Positions 1 to 15,015 of a stretch of 64,000 nt of DNA are shown piece by piece. The notes beneath the pieces are model-generated. The model had not been told where the DNA came from. It made no database searches and worked only from the letters and a program-made list of their open reading frames with translations. How positions within the stretch are numbered: position 1 is the stretch's first letter; the number at the start of each line of letters is the position of its first letter. This DNA comes from Octopus vulgaris. Taxonomy: Eukaryota. Location: positions 23,560,001-23,624,000 of the forward strand of contig OX597831.1 of NCBI GenBank assembly GCA_951406725.2. Direction: 5' to 3'. Both the position numbers and the translations under genes were made by a program.

Positions 1-61
1 AATGATGGTTTACACAAATCTAATGTCAATGAAATTTATTCAGAAAATGATTGTGATAATA

Positions 62-235
62 CTCTCTCTTTTCACTCTTTTACTTGTTTCAGTCATTTGA
101 CTGTGGGCGTGCTGAAGCACTGCCTTTAGTCAGGCAAATTGACCCCAGGACTTATTATTTGTAAGCCTAGTACTTATTCTATTGGTCTCTTTTGACGAAC
201 CGCTAAGTAACGGGGACGCAAACACAGACACACAC

Positions 236-287
<52 letters not shown>

Positions 288-450
288 CGACAGGCCCCTT
301 TCAGTTTCCATCTACCAAATCCACTCACAAGGCTTTGGTTGGCCCGAGGCTATAGTAGAAGACACTTGCCAAGGTGCCACGCAGTGGGACTGAACTTGGA
401 ACCATGTGGTTGGTAAGCAAGCTACTTACCACATAGCCACTCTTGTGCCT
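62..450 (-). mobile_element. SINE family A (tRNA-derived head, CORE-like CCTTGGGCAAGT segment, internal TA/TG microsatellite, GTAAAAGA tail)
   Basis: Reverse complement of the near-consensus copy at 56389-56806. Confidence 0.9.
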
Positions 451-720
451 ATAATTATAATTTTTATTATAAATGATCTTGACATTCTTTTTACTTTACA
501 TAAAATTTTCTTTACATTCTACTGTTGTTTTATTGCCATTTATTTATTAGTATTATAAATTTTATCGCTAAAGTATTTTACTGGGAATTAATTATGATTT
601 ATATTATAGCTACTATGGGAAATTATTGTTCTGCATTACGAGTCTTCACTTTATGAGTAATTTCTGGGTGCAAACTAACTCATATGTAAAGGCATCCCTG
701 AATATATATATATATATATA

Positions 721-1070
721 TAGGAGTGACTGTGTGGTAAGTAGCTTGCTTACCAACTACATGATTCCGGATTCAGTCCCACTGCGTGGCACCTTGGGCA
801 AGTGTCTTCTACTATAGCCTCAGGCTGACAAAAGCCTTCTGAGTGGATTTGGTAGATGGAAACTGAAAGAAGCCTGTCGTATGTATGTATATGTTTGTGT
901 GCCTGTGTTTGTCCCCACAGCATCGCTTGACAACCGATGCTGGTGTGTTTATGTCCCTGTAACTTAGCGGATCGGCAAAAGAGACCAATAGAATATGTAC
1001 TAGGCTTACAAGAATAAGTCCTGGGGTTGATTTGGTCACATGACTGATACAAGTAAATGCATAAAAGAGT
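721..1070 (+). mobile_element. SINE family A
   Basis: Colinear with 56389-56806. Confidence 0.9.
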
Positions 1071-1128
1071 ATATATTTACATAGAATCTATGTATATACT
1101 ATGATACTACGTAGATACTAAGTATATA

Positions 1129-1312
<184 letters not shown>

Positions 1313-1822
1313 ACTATGTATCTATATATACATATATAGATACATAGAAGAAGATAGTAAGATACATAATAGAAATTTGGATTGGGTAAAAATCCAATAG
1401 CTTTCTTTATAATAGCAAAGTTTTGGTTGTGTCTGATGAAATGTCTGATGAAGTGTTACTCTTTGCTATTCCAGCATGGGTAAATTTATACAGATTATGT
1501 GTAATTCATTACAAATAAATATTTATATGTAATATAGTATTAAACAGAATGGTCCTGAAATGCAGTAGTTACAAATATTTCACTTATGGTATATTGATAT
1601 CCTCATTTTGTTCCCTGTCTAATATACACACACACACACACACACATACTAACACATATACACACACATAAGTATTTCATACACATTTTGTATATGCATA
1701 TGTATGTATGTATGTATGAATGAATGTATGTATGTATGTATGTATGTATGTATGTAGGTATGTATGTATGCGTGTATGTATCTGTCTATCTGTAAGTATA
1801 TATATATGTGTGTGTATGTATA

Positions 1823-1872
<50 letters not shown>

Positions 1873-1928
1873 TAAATACACATATGTATATGTAGTCATA
1901 TATTAATATATACACATATATGTATACA

Positions 1929-1966
<38 letters not shown>

Positions 1967-1975
1967 TATACATAG

Positions 1976-2008
<33 letters not shown>

Positions 2009-2094
2009 GATATACATAGATATACATAGATATAGATATACATATATATATAGATATACATATATATATATAGATATACATATATATATATATA

Positions 2095-2424
2095 AAGACC
2101 CCCTTCGGTCATGAATGACCATGGGATTGCACCTAGAAAGTTACCCTCCTAGACACAAGTCCGGGCAAGGTTGTTTATGGAAGACCAGCAGTCGCCCATG
2201 CATACCAGCCTCCCTCTCCACGCCACCAGTGTTATCCAAGGGAAAGGCAAAGGGGGCGATACAGCTTGGCACCTGTGACGTCGCAACTCATTTCTACAGC
2301 TGAGTGAACTGGAGCAACGTGAAATAAAGTGCCTTGCTCAAGAACACAACACACAGCCCGGTCCGGGATTCGAGCTCACAACCTCACGATCGTAAGCTCG
2401 ATGCTCTAACCACTGAGCCATGCG

Positions 2425-2427
<3 letters not shown>
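2095..2427 (-). mobile_element. SINE family D (tRNA-derived head GGCGCATGGCTCAGTGGTTAGAGC…TCGAATCCC, core GTGTTCTTGAGCAAGGCAC); copies at 2516-2722 (-), 11090-11421 (-) and 53790-53947 (+)
   Basis: Clear A and B boxes on the minus strand, and several colinear copies in the window. Confidence 0.9.
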
Positions 2428-2500
<73 letters not shown>

Positions 2501-2762
2501 TATACACATATCTCGAGACCCTTCGGTAATGAATGATCATGGAATTGCGCCTACAAAATTACCCTTCCAGGCACAAGTCCAGGCAAAGTTGTTTATGGAA
2601 GGCTAGCTGCCACCCATGCATACCAGCCACCCACCTCCATACCACCAATGTTACCCAAGGGAAAGGAAAAGTGAAGCCGTAACTCATTTCCACAGCTGAG
2701 TGAACTGAAGCAACGTGAAATAAATAAATAAATAAATAAATATATATATATCTATCTATCTA

Positions 2763-2917
<155 letters not shown>

Positions 2918-3989
2918 TATAATCTGAAGTTATACCTTTGTGTGACTGTGTGAATTAGCATACATTTTGTTATTTTTTTATATATATTTCACGTGCGTGT
3001 TTATTTGTGTCAGTGCACTGCTATGCATGTCTGCACATGTTAGTTTCAGGCACAATGGACTTAAAGTGTTAGTGTGTGTGTGTATATATATATACCAGCG
3101 TGCACGTATATATTTGTGCATAGTAGCGTTTACACCTGTGTTATAATGAATATCTGAATTTGGTGTTACTCTTTTATGAACTGTTGAATTCTCATGTGTG
3201 CATGAGGAACACTTTATGAATTGCTATGCTGGATATATATATGAATGAGGGACGCTTTATGAATGACTGTGGGCTTTTGATTTGCGTAACTAAGTTTCCA
3301 TGGGTTGGCACACTTTTTCTTTTTTTCTTTTTTCCGTGTGTGTGTGAATATGTGTTTGATTGTTCAGCTCTGTTTCATGTTTGTCTACTTTTCAGTATGG
3401 ATTTGTATAATTTTGTATGTGTGTGTGTGTGTGTTATTTTTATGAATTATTAGCTGAATATATGATCATATAAGTTGATAGTACCAGTGTTGGAATCGTT
3501 ATGTCTTTTCATGTCTGAGCATGGTTGTAACGAACTTGTATATATATGTGTGTATATAAGTGTGTGTGTGTGTATGTTGGTCGCTATTGTTGTCTTTCAG
3601 TATGAATCTCCATTTAAGATATTTGTGTGTATAGTGGTGCATTATAAGTTAACTTTGTAATCATGTATGTGTTTATAAGCGCATCTGGATAGATGTGTGC
3701 ATAATATTTGTGGATATTTATAAATTTTACTTTTAACAAATAGAGAGAGAGAAAGAGAGTCCATGTGAATGTGTGTGTATGTGTGAGTTTTGATTCTTAG
3801 AATACAAACCCCTCATCTTTTGCTAGTTTTACTACCTTGGCCCCAGCAATAGTAGCTCCACCATCACCATTTTACAGAACACCTTCTCACAAGTATACCA
3901 ACACCCAAACACTACTACAAAACTACTACCACTGTGCTACAATGTACCAATCGCTAGTGTCCTCAACACACCTCTGGCAACACCATTGC

Positions 3990-4665
3990 AGAACACACTA
4001 TGCGACCACCACGACCACTACCACCGCCACCATTTTACTATGATCACTGCTACTACCACCATTGCCACTACCAACACCACCACCATCACCATTACAACGA
4101 CCGCCACCGCCACCTCCGCCACTACCACTACCATCACCACCACCACCACAGTCAACTGTGCCCTACAATTAACTCCTTACCATCGCTATGCAGCTACCAC
4201 CAACGCTACCACTATACAACTTTCACCGTCGCCACCGACGCTCCTCCCCCTTATAGCGACTCCCCCTCCCCTCACTGCCATCACCCTGCAACAACTTCCA
4301 TTCCCTCCCCCCGAGTCCACCACCACCACCACCACCACCACTACCATCGCCGTCACCATCACCACCATCTAGCTACCATGAAAACTATCGTCATCCTACA
4401 AGTATTGAACACGAGCACCAACACCTTGCTACTCCCACCATTACCACCACCACCACCACTGCCACCACTGCCACCACCACTGCCACCACCACCACCACCA
4501 GCAGCAAAACTGCCGTTACTGTACAGCTACCACCAATATTACCAATGCCATCGCCATCTGCCGTCAGCATCACCGCTGCCGCCACCACCGTGTTTTTGCA
4601 AGCATCACCACACCTCAGCCACAGTACAGCACTTGCACAGACCAACCAGCAGCAGCAGCAGTAGT
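3990..4665. repeat. Degenerate (ACC/CAC)n trinucleotide low-complexity region
   Basis: Translates as poly-T/P/H in all frames. Confidence 0.9.
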
Positions 4666-4704
4666 GTTAGCATCTGCTAGTGTTATAGATAGTTAGTAGC
4701 ACCG

Positions 4705-5530
4705 TGAGCGAGAGAAAGAGGGAGAGAGAGAGAGAGAGGGAGAGAACAATGGAGAGAAAATGAGTAAAAGAGAGATGGGGAGAGAGAGAACATTAGAGAA
4801 AAAGTGAGCAAAAGAGAGAGAGAGAGAGACAGTAAGACAAAGTGAAGGAACATCAGAGAGGAAAAGGGAGAGAAGCAGAGAGAGAGAGAGAATGCAACAG
4901 ATAGAGTATACAACAGAGAGAGAGCGAGAGTGAGAGAGAAAGAACAATAGAGTGAGAGAGAGAGTGAGAGGAAAAGAACAACAGAGAGAAAGATAGACCG
5001 CTAGAGAGGGAGAAAGAAACTAAGAGAGAGTGAGAGAGAGACAGCAAGAGAAAGTGAGGGAACATCAGAGAGGGAAAGGGAGAGCAGCAGAGAGAGAATG
5101 CAACAGATAGAGCACAAAACAGAGAGACAGAGAGAGAAAGAACAATAGAGAGAGAGAGAGAGAAAGAATAATAGAGAGAAAGATAGAACGCTAGAGAGGG
5201 AGAAAGAAACTGAGAGAGAGAGAGAGAGAGAGCAAAAAGTGAGAGAGAGAGAGAGAGAGTGCAGCAGGGAAAGGAAGAGATCCTGCAACAGAGAGTAAGA
5301 GAGAGAGAGAGCAACAGTGAAAGATATAGATGGGTAAATAGAGACTGTGTGAATGAATTTGTTAGAGAGAGAGTGAGGCAGAGAAGAGGAGAAAGAGTAA
5401 GAGGAGGAGGAGGAGGAGAGGAAATGCATGGAAGGAATGGGAAAAGGAAGGAAGGAAATGCTAGAGTTGAAAGTAGGAGGGAAGGGAGAAAAAAAGAGTA
5501 GGAGGTGAGTTAGGTGAAGAAGAAAGAGAT
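4705..5530. repeat. ~0.8-kb polypurine (GA)-rich tract with an internal ~210-bp duplication
   Basis: ACAG(T/C)AAGA…GAACATCAGAGAG…AATGCAACAGATAGAG at ~4829 and ~5041. Confidence 0.85.
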
Positions 5531-6161
5531 TTAACCAGGTAAAAAGAGAAAGGCAGAGACGTATACACACGCACACACACACACGTATATGTATTTGTAG
5601 ATATACGAGTGTTTGCCTACACATACACAAGTGCATATATATATATATACACATACACACATATATACATAGAGAGATAACTTACTGCTGTTTGGAGTGT
5701 TGTTTTGGGTGGGGGGGGGGAGGGAGGGAGGGCGAAGACGGTGTGTAACGAGGGTGGGGAGAGGAGGGCTGACAGACTCTAACGTACTCACAAATAAGCA
5801 TGCATACATAAAAACACATGCACACAGTGATATACGGATACACGCGTTCATCTATTTCACCCTCATCCTCTGCTGTAGTTTCCTTGAATTACTGTTTTTC
5901 CACACTTTTTCATTACAATCTTCTGTCTTTCGGTCTTCGTGTTTCTCCATACACACAGTGACATACACTATACAAACATACATTTATAAATATACATACA
6001 TATATATATATATATATATAATAATAATAATATACGCATATACATAAACATATATATATATATATATATATAGATATAGATATATTATATATAACTGTAC
6101 TTGTCTTCTTTCATTCTCATCACACTTTGTGTTAGTCCAAAATTTACTCTGTTCTTCAACC

Positions 6162-6174
6162 ATGGACAAGAAAG
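6162..6174 (+). CDS. Candidate first coding exon (MDKK + 1 nt) of an unidentified gene
   Basis: CAACC-ATG-G start context, then AAAG|GTATGT consensus donor, downstream of a GA/G-rich region. No downstream exon could be confirmed. Confidence 0.3.
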
Positions 6175-6291
6175 GTATGTTGTCTTGTTGAAAACTACAC
6201 AACAAGTTTACTTTCACTTAGCACCCACACCCACCTGAAAACTACAAGTGCACATGTCTTTATGTGTGTGCGTGTGTATGTGGGGGGATAC

Positions 6292-6333
<42 letters not shown>

Positions 6334-6345
6334 ATGTGTGTGATA

Positions 6346-6377
<32 letters not shown>

Positions 6378-6533
6378 CACATATGTATATATATATATAT
6401 ATATATATATGCATATATATACATATATATATGTACATGCACACAAATATATATACATGTATGAATGTGCATATATATATATATATATATATACCTACAT
6501 ATCTAGCACACTCTCTCTTTCTCTCTCTCTCTC

Positions 6534-6572
<39 letters not shown>

Positions 6573-6649
6573 TAATTTATATAGATATATGAATATATAT
6601 ATATATGTATATATACAGAGACACAGGTAGATAGTTACATGTGTACATA

Positions 6650-6694
<45 letters not shown>

Positions 6695-7494
6695 CCAATA
6701 CTTCTATTTTTTCATTTATTTCCTATATATATATTTTGCTTTACTAAACATCTAAAAAGTATGTTTGTCATCTATTTATTCTATTATTGTCAAATCACTC
6801 ATCCTTCCTCCTTCCTCATTCTGTCTTTTACACACTATACTGTCATTTCTTCCATGCATGATTTCTTTATTTTCCTCTGTCTTTCTGTTTTTGTCACACA
6901 TTCTCTCTCCTTTTCTGTCGCTCTTTCTCTCTCTCTCTCTCTCCCTTTTAAATATACACGTGTTCAACTTATCGTTTATCTCATACCTTTACCTAAGTTT
7001 TTACTATATGCTTTGTTTACAAGTGCATATATTTCACGGAAGCTGAAATGAACTTCTTACATACCATAAATATTATTTGAAATGTCGCTAAATATAATAC
7101 TTGCAATAGCATCATTTTTGTGGGGAAATACCTGGCATAATTCTTCAGGTAGTACAGGACAGGTAGCTAAGCGGAGTCCAATTCCTCAAAAAAAAGTTTG
7201 GGGATGAACTTTTTCTGCTGACAATTTTCCAAATTTTTACTATGGTTGTCATTTATATAGATATGATTCTATATTGAAGTATGTTAGTTTATACATATGA
7301 GTCTGTGTATGCATGAATTTATGAATTGTTTTCTAAAGGTAGTACTCCAGCATGGTCGTATCTGTCAGTTCTAAAAAAAAACTGGAGAACAACAGAACAG
7401 ATCAGTGTATATTATTACATGCAAGCGTGAGTGTATGTGTGTGTGTATGTGTATATACATATGTATACACACATATACATACACAAGCACACAG

Positions 7495-7525
<31 letters not shown>

Positions 7526-7607
7526 TACACACACACACATATATATACATACATTTATAAATATATATATATATATTTATATATGCATACACACACATAG
7601 ACACATT

Positions 7608-7642
<35 letters not shown>

Positions 7643-8293
7643 ATGCATGTATATAGGCATATATGTATATATATAGGCAAATGTATATGTATGTACGTGA
7701 AAGCATTTTTGTATGTGCTTTTATATTTACAGATACTGATGAATATATGTACGTTTATTTGTGTATACATATAATTACATTCTTTAATACCGGTTCATAT
7801 CCATATCTATCTATCTCTCTATGTATGTATGTATGTATGTATGTATGTATGTATGTATGTATGTATGTATGTATGTATGTATGTATGTATGTTTGTATGC
7901 ATCTATCTATCTATCTATTTCCCTATGTATGTGTATGTATATATGTATCTATCTCTCTATCTATCTGTATATATATCTATATATATGTGTGTGTATGTTG
8001 ATATATATATATATATCAGTGTGTAGGTGTTTGTATGTGTACACATGGTATCAGTGATAAGCATTTACTTTGCTAAGATCAGCTTATACCTTCTGGGAAA
8101 GGGAATGTTATTGTTGTAACTTTAGCATCACGTCTATTTGAGCACGTGAATGTATGCATACATGAATGTATGCATGTATGCATTTATGCATGTATGTAAT
8201 GTGATGTACATGTAATTGCATTGTAGTAATTATTAAATGCCATATACACTGTTGTATTGAATTTCTTAATGTTATTATTCAATGATGAAACTT

Positions 8294-8327
<34 letters not shown>

Positions 8328-8328
8328 T

Positions 8329-8415
<87 letters not shown>

Positions 8416-8665
8416 AAGAATGATGATGATGATGATGATGACGATAATTATAATAGTATTAATAATAATAATGATGATGATGATGATAATTATGATAGTA
8501 TCAATAATAATGATAATGATGAAGATGATAATAATATTAATAATATTGATGATAATGATAATAATATTAATAATAATGATGATGATGATGATGATGATGA
8601 TAATAACAATAATAATATTAATGATAATGATGATGATAATGATAATAAAAATAATAATGATGAGG

Positions 8666-8717
<52 letters not shown>

Positions 8718-8788
8718 CAATGATAATAATAGTAATAATGATAATGATAATAATAATGATAATAATAATAACAACAATAATAATAATG

Positions 8789-9005
8789 GATTCAAATTTT
8801 GCTACAAGGGCAGCCATTTTGGGGGTAGGGGATGAGTCAATTACATCAAACCCTCCCCCCAGTGTTTTGACTGGTTCTTTATTTATTGTCCTCAAAAGGA
8901 TGAAAGGTAAAGTTGACCTTGGTGGAATTTGAACCCAGCATGTAGCAACAGGCAAGAGGCCACTAAACATTTCATCCACTGTGCTAATGATTCTGCTAGC
9001 TCATC
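8789..9005 (-). mobile_element. SINE family B inside an (AAT)n field
   Basis: AAAAGGATGAAAGGTAAAGTTGACCTTGGTGGAATTTGAAC. Confidence 0.8.
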
Positions 9006-9025
9006 TAATAATAATGATAATAATG

Positions 9026-9091
<66 letters not shown>

Positions 9092-9249
9092 GTGATGATG
9101 ATGATCTTAATAATAATGATGATAATAATAATAATGATAATGATAATATAATAAAAATAATGATGACCTTAATAATAATAATGATAATAAAAATAATAAT
9201 CATAATAATAATAATGATGATGATAATAATAAAAATTATAATAATACTA

Positions 9250-9421
9250 AATCTAAAAGATTGAAAGAGACTGGAATTGAACTTTGCATTTTCACCCTGC
9301 AGAAAAGTACAATCCCATAATCTGCAAGAATCCTAAAGAAGATTCTTGAATTTAAGGAGTCTTGTTGTCACCAAACATCATGTTAAAACACCTACTTACT
9401 AAATTAGCATGCACTAGCGTA
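9250..9421 (+). mobile_element. R4/Dong-clade retrotransposon 3' fragment within (AAT)n
   Basis: From 9297 reads LQKSTIP*SARILKKILEF, a decayed form of the LQK..LLG.ARILRKVL terminal motif. Followed by a short UTR and (TAA)n. Confidence 0.65.
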
Positions 9422-9483
<62 letters not shown>

Positions 9484-9543
9484 AACCAGATTATTACAAT
9501 AATTATAATGATGATAGTAATAGTAAAAATAATAATAATAATA

Positions 9544-9584
<41 letters not shown>

Positions 9585-9958
9585 AGTTAAAAATAAATAA
9601 ATAGATAGCAACAGATAGCCGGTATAAAATTATTTATTTAAATACCCATGTCAGAAATGGCAAAACTTCACCGACTATGGGAGATTTTGACTATCTTCAA
9701 CTTTGAAAATATCCACCAATGACATCTTTAAAATTGCATGCATAAAAAAAAAAATAGAAAGTTTTAAAAATTAAGCAAAAAACAGTAATTAAATATAAAT
9801 TCCTTAAGTATGAGTTTCTAAAAAAATAAGTTCCTTAGATCTTCTTCTATGCATTAAGGCGGATTCATAAGTACTTGCCATTTAGCAACGAACATTGAAA
9901 AAAGCTACCCGACTATTGCCCTACCAGCTGATCATTGACACTTCTCAAGATCACAAAG

Positions 9959-10015
<57 letters not shown>

Positions 10016-10113
10016 TTCAGCAACAATTTAGATTCAAATGAATAATGGCACTTAATTTAGATGCACCATAATTTTTTATGGTGTTACCCATAAAAATATG
10101 CGGGGTGATTATA

Positions 10114-10145
<32 letters not shown>

Positions 10146-10410
10146 AGTATGTGTATGCATATGTATATATATATCTATGTGTATATCTCTCTCTCTCTCT
10201 CTCTCTATCTCTAAATATATATAGGTATATATATATATTTACATATATATATATATATATATATTTACATATGAAATAGAACTCAAGACATGAGTATGTG
10301 TATATTTTACAAATATTTAGTAAACGCAACAGAGTGAAACAATGTCTAATGCACGAAGCTCTTGGCACTTGAGTCACTCTGTTGCTCCTGCTAAATATAA
10401 ATAAAAATAT

Positions 10411-10449
<39 letters not shown>

Positions 10450-10610
10450 CACGTACACACACATATGTATTTAGTGATACACACACTCATACACATGAAT
10501 ATATGTATTTATGTATATTCACTCTCACATGCACATGTGATTGTAAATATGTTTGTGTATATATACATGTATATGCATAAGTTTATATACATGAATATTC
10601 ATCCCACCCC

Positions 10611-10643
<33 letters not shown>

Positions 10644-12125
10644 TATTAATACTTGTTACTTGAAAATACTAAATTAAAGTTTTTGAAGTATAAATGAATA
10701 CTTTTCTTTATTCATGTAAATACTTATCTTCATGTAAACATGTATATTTATACATTCATATATATATATATATACATATACATATGTGTGTGTGTGTGTG
10801 TGTATTGGTGTGTATGTATGTTATATATAAGTGCATATTATGTATAAATGTATATGCATATGTGTCTGAGTGTATATATACATGTGTGTATGTGTGTTTG
10901 TGCTTGTGTGTGTACATGTACTGTTACATTCATCACCCTTTAATGTCTACTTTTCCATGGTTGCATGGCTTAGGTAACAATACACTGGACGGTTGCTTTT
11001 CTTGTCACCCCCCCCACCACCACCACCACCAGTCCCACTATTTTCCAGGTGAGATAATAATTTTTGCAGTCCTAAAGGTTAAAGGTAAAAACCCCCTCCA
11101 ATCATGAATGACCATGGGATTGCACCAAGAAAGTTTCCCTCAGAGACACAAGTCCAGGCAAGGCTGTTTATTGAAGACCAGCGGTCACCCATGCATATCA
11201 GCCTCCCACTCTCCATGCCACCGATGTTACCCAAGGGAAAAGCAAAGGCCAATACAGCTTGGCACCAGTGATGTTGAAACTTATTCCTACAGCTGAGTGA
11301 ACTGGAGCAACGTGAAATAAAGTGTCTTGCTCAAGAACACAACACACAGCTCAGATCGGGAATTGAACTTAGTACCTCATGATCATGAGCTCAGCACTCT
11401 AGCCACTGAGTCATGCACCTTCAATTTACCAGTGCTATTAAACTGTAAACAGCCCGGACCACTTGAAGATGATGCTTTTAATTAAGCCTTCATTTACAGC
11501 CAGTAAACAAACGAATGTGAAAGCAAGGAAAATACAAACAAATTCACAGAAATACAGTGGCTATAAATAGATGTGTGTGTGTCTGTGTGTGTGTAACAGG
11601 CTTCTTTCATGGGCACTTTATGCAAGTAGAAGTCACTTGCTGAATATGTTCCGCTGTGGGTTTGAACCCAAAACTACATGGTGAGAACATTAGCTTGTTA
11701 GCCACTTGACCATGCATATGCCTATATACATATATATAGTGTCTTTTACTATAGATGTAGACCAAGCTAATTCTGTCCACGTCTTGTATCTATCTATTGT
11801 GTGTATGTTATGTGTACTGTTGGTGATGTCCTGTATCCATATATGCTTGTATGTACATATATATACATATGCATGTATATGAATGTATATATCTATATCG
11901 GTCTATCTATAAATATATATATATATACATCGCTAAGTTCACAACTTTTTAAATTGTCTCTCTGTATATTTTCTCTTATTCCTTTTTTTTGAAGAGTATA
12001 CACTCAAAATGTTAAAGACTTTCTCCCTTTCCCAAGCATCAAACTAATACACCTGCCTGTTGTTCATACACTTGTCTACATCTTTTGTTTTTCTATAAAT
12101 TTCAACAATATATATATACATACAT

Positions 12126-12215
<90 letters not shown>

Positions 12216-12296
12216 TAGCACGAAACTCCTGACACCTGAGTCACTTTGTAATAGATGTCAATTAAAAATAGAAATATAATAATACCTATACATACA

Positions 12297-12338
<42 letters not shown>

Positions 12339-12416
12339 AGATTCATTTGAATTAGGTACTTAAGTTGAAGTATCAAGTCAGTTCAGTATTATCCATACAG
12401 CTCGAAGTAAGGTGAA

Positions 12417-12447
<31 letters not shown>

Positions 12448-12628
12448 TATATATACCAAGTAATACTACATATATGGCTATACGTGTAAATGTGCCGATA
12501 TTCTAGGTGGTAAAAATGTAAACATTGAATTTGTGAATGACATTCAGACTGTTTATGTATTTAGCTTCTGTCCACATATTAAAAATAATTAATTGGTATT
12601 CACTTACAAGCACCATTCTTTCCCTCTC

Positions 12629-12702
<74 letters not shown>

Positions 12703-12930
12703 TATATAACATATCTCTCTGTCAGTCTATGTCCATGTGTGCATATATATTTGTCTATATGTGTATCTACCTTTAATATAGATATATGTATACAAACACA
12801 TATATGTATATATACATATAAGATTTATATATAGATATATATATATATATTTGTGTGCATATATATTTGTCTATATATATATCTACCTTTAGTATAGATA
12901 TATGTATACAAACACATATATGTATATATG

Positions 12931-12988
<58 letters not shown>

Positions 12989-13057
12989 ATTTATATATAG
13001 ATATATATATATTTGTGGGTGTGTGTTTATGTATGCATGTATATATGTGCATGTGTA

Positions 13058-13101
<44 letters not shown>

Positions 13102-13850
13102 GATATAGAAGAGAAAATCTGATTGTTATGATTCTGTTTATATATATCTGTATTTAATTATAATTGTTTGTGTATGTGTCTATATGAGTTTCTATGCTAT
13201 GGGCAATAAAGGGATCTGACATTTCTGGTTGCCTCTTTCTCTGAGAGGAAAACCTTTGAAACTATACTCCCTTGGAAGGAGTGTTAATCTTAAAAAGTCA
13301 GATCTCTCTTCTACCCTGAACATCTTGACTTACTGAAATTCATGAACGACCCTGTATGTATTTTGCTGAGTTTCACTGCTGCCATCTTTAGATATACGTA
13401 TCCAAACATATGTACATGTGTAACATATAAATATTCATTTTATAGGCTGAGTATAAACACAATCACATTTATTTCTAAATGTAAAACAATATAAATTTAT
13501 GCATTACACATCATAAATCAGAAGAAATGAAATATATTTAAACAATATAAAGCCTTACTGTGGCTTGAATAAGAATGTAAACACATTCATGTTATACCTT
13601 TGTTGCACAGAAAAAAAAGACTGGGATTATCCTGCCAGATTGTTTCATTGTTTGATACCCACTCCTCAGAGATTCATCAAAGTGCTAACCTGATTCATGA
13701 CAGTTTATTGGTAGCTATATTACACTGTGGTTTGGAGAAGTGAGTTGGTGACATCTTTTCTAAGGAGCAGTCAATAAACTATAAAATAATCCGTCAGATG
13801 CTTAGAAAGTATACATTTACATTATTATTTAACCCACATTGATACTGTAT

Positions 13851-13908
13851 AAAGCCTTGTGAGTGGATGTGGTAGATGGAAACTGAAAGAAGCCCGTCGT
13901 GTGTGTGG

Positions 13909-13939
<31 letters not shown>

Positions 13940-14156
13940 TGCATCTGTGTTTGTCCCCACCAGCATCATTTGACAACTGATGCTGGTGTATTTATGTCCC
14001 CATAGGTTAGCGGTTCAGTAAAAAGAGACCGATAGAATAAGTACAAGGCTTAACAAAGAATAAGTCCTGGGGGCGATTTGCTCAACTAAAGGCAGTGCTC
14101 CAGCATGGCTGCAGTCAAATGACTGGAAGAAATAAAAGAGTAAAAGAATAAAAAGA
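13851..14156 (+). mobile_element. SINE family A, 5'-truncated
   Basis: Matches family body and tail. Confidence 0.88.
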
Positions 14157-15015
14157 CAATCGTTTACTTGTCTTAATTAATTTTACCATAAATTCACTTC
14201 CAGTTTTTAATTTCCTCAATAAATTACTGGAAATCATCATCATCATCATCATCATCATTTAACGTCTATGCTCCATGCTAACATGGGTAAACATTGTTAC
14301 AGGTGTAATGTTTGAGATTCTTATCAATCTGCACTTCTGGGTAACTGCAATGTTACTCAACCCTTAAATTATCACTCTATCTCTCAGTTTCTTTTTACTA
14401 CAGAGGAGAGCTTCAGTATCTATGGCTATGATCTTATGAAGCATACATATTTAAACAAAAAGAGTTATTTCACCCATGTTTTAGTGTAAATGTTTGCACA
14501 CTTATCATGAATATATAAAGGTGTGGGCTCAAGGCCCATGCACATGGAAAACCCACATTTTATCATCAAGGGCTTATTTGCTCCAATATAAGACTATTTT
14601 CTTTAGTCAATACACAGTGATCACTTATAAGCTCTAAGCTTATAAAACATAATTATCTTATAGTGCACCTGAGCACTGTATTCAACAATTTCATTATCAT
14701 CATTTATATTATGTTATAGAGTTCTCTTGGTATTAAGTTATCCATGGGTATGAGATTTCCAAATTTGATAACATAAGCTAATGCTGTATGTTCAGCTCTT
14801 TTCTTTTCAACACATACATGATGTTGCCTGATACTGCATCGCACCTTGAATTTGGGCAGCTGGCTATTTCTATGTTAAAAGTATCCTTGAATGCTGAGTC
14901 ACTCATAAAATATATTTGTCTGCTCAGTGATTTTCCTCTGGGAATGATCCCACAATCTTCATGAAACTGCTTTGACCACTGTATTTGCTCTCATTCTTCT
15001 TATTCCTTTTTTAAT

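Larger units (their letters stand above)
8297..9580. repeat. Compound (AAT/GAT/AAG)n microsatellite field
   Basis: Direct reading. Confidence 0.95.

Noticed and set aside
1649-2122. YI/CV/HT-repeat ORFs here and throughout the window
   Set aside because: (TA)n, (TG)n and (GTAT)n tracts lack stops by composition.
3986-4680. Pro/His/Thr-rich ORFs (extensin- or mucin-like)
   Set aside because: Translations of a degenerate (ACC)n tract with no domain or convincing splice structure.
8257-9264. Asn/Asp/Ile-rich ORFs of up to 234 aa
   Set aside because: Pure trinucleotide microsatellite plus a SINE.
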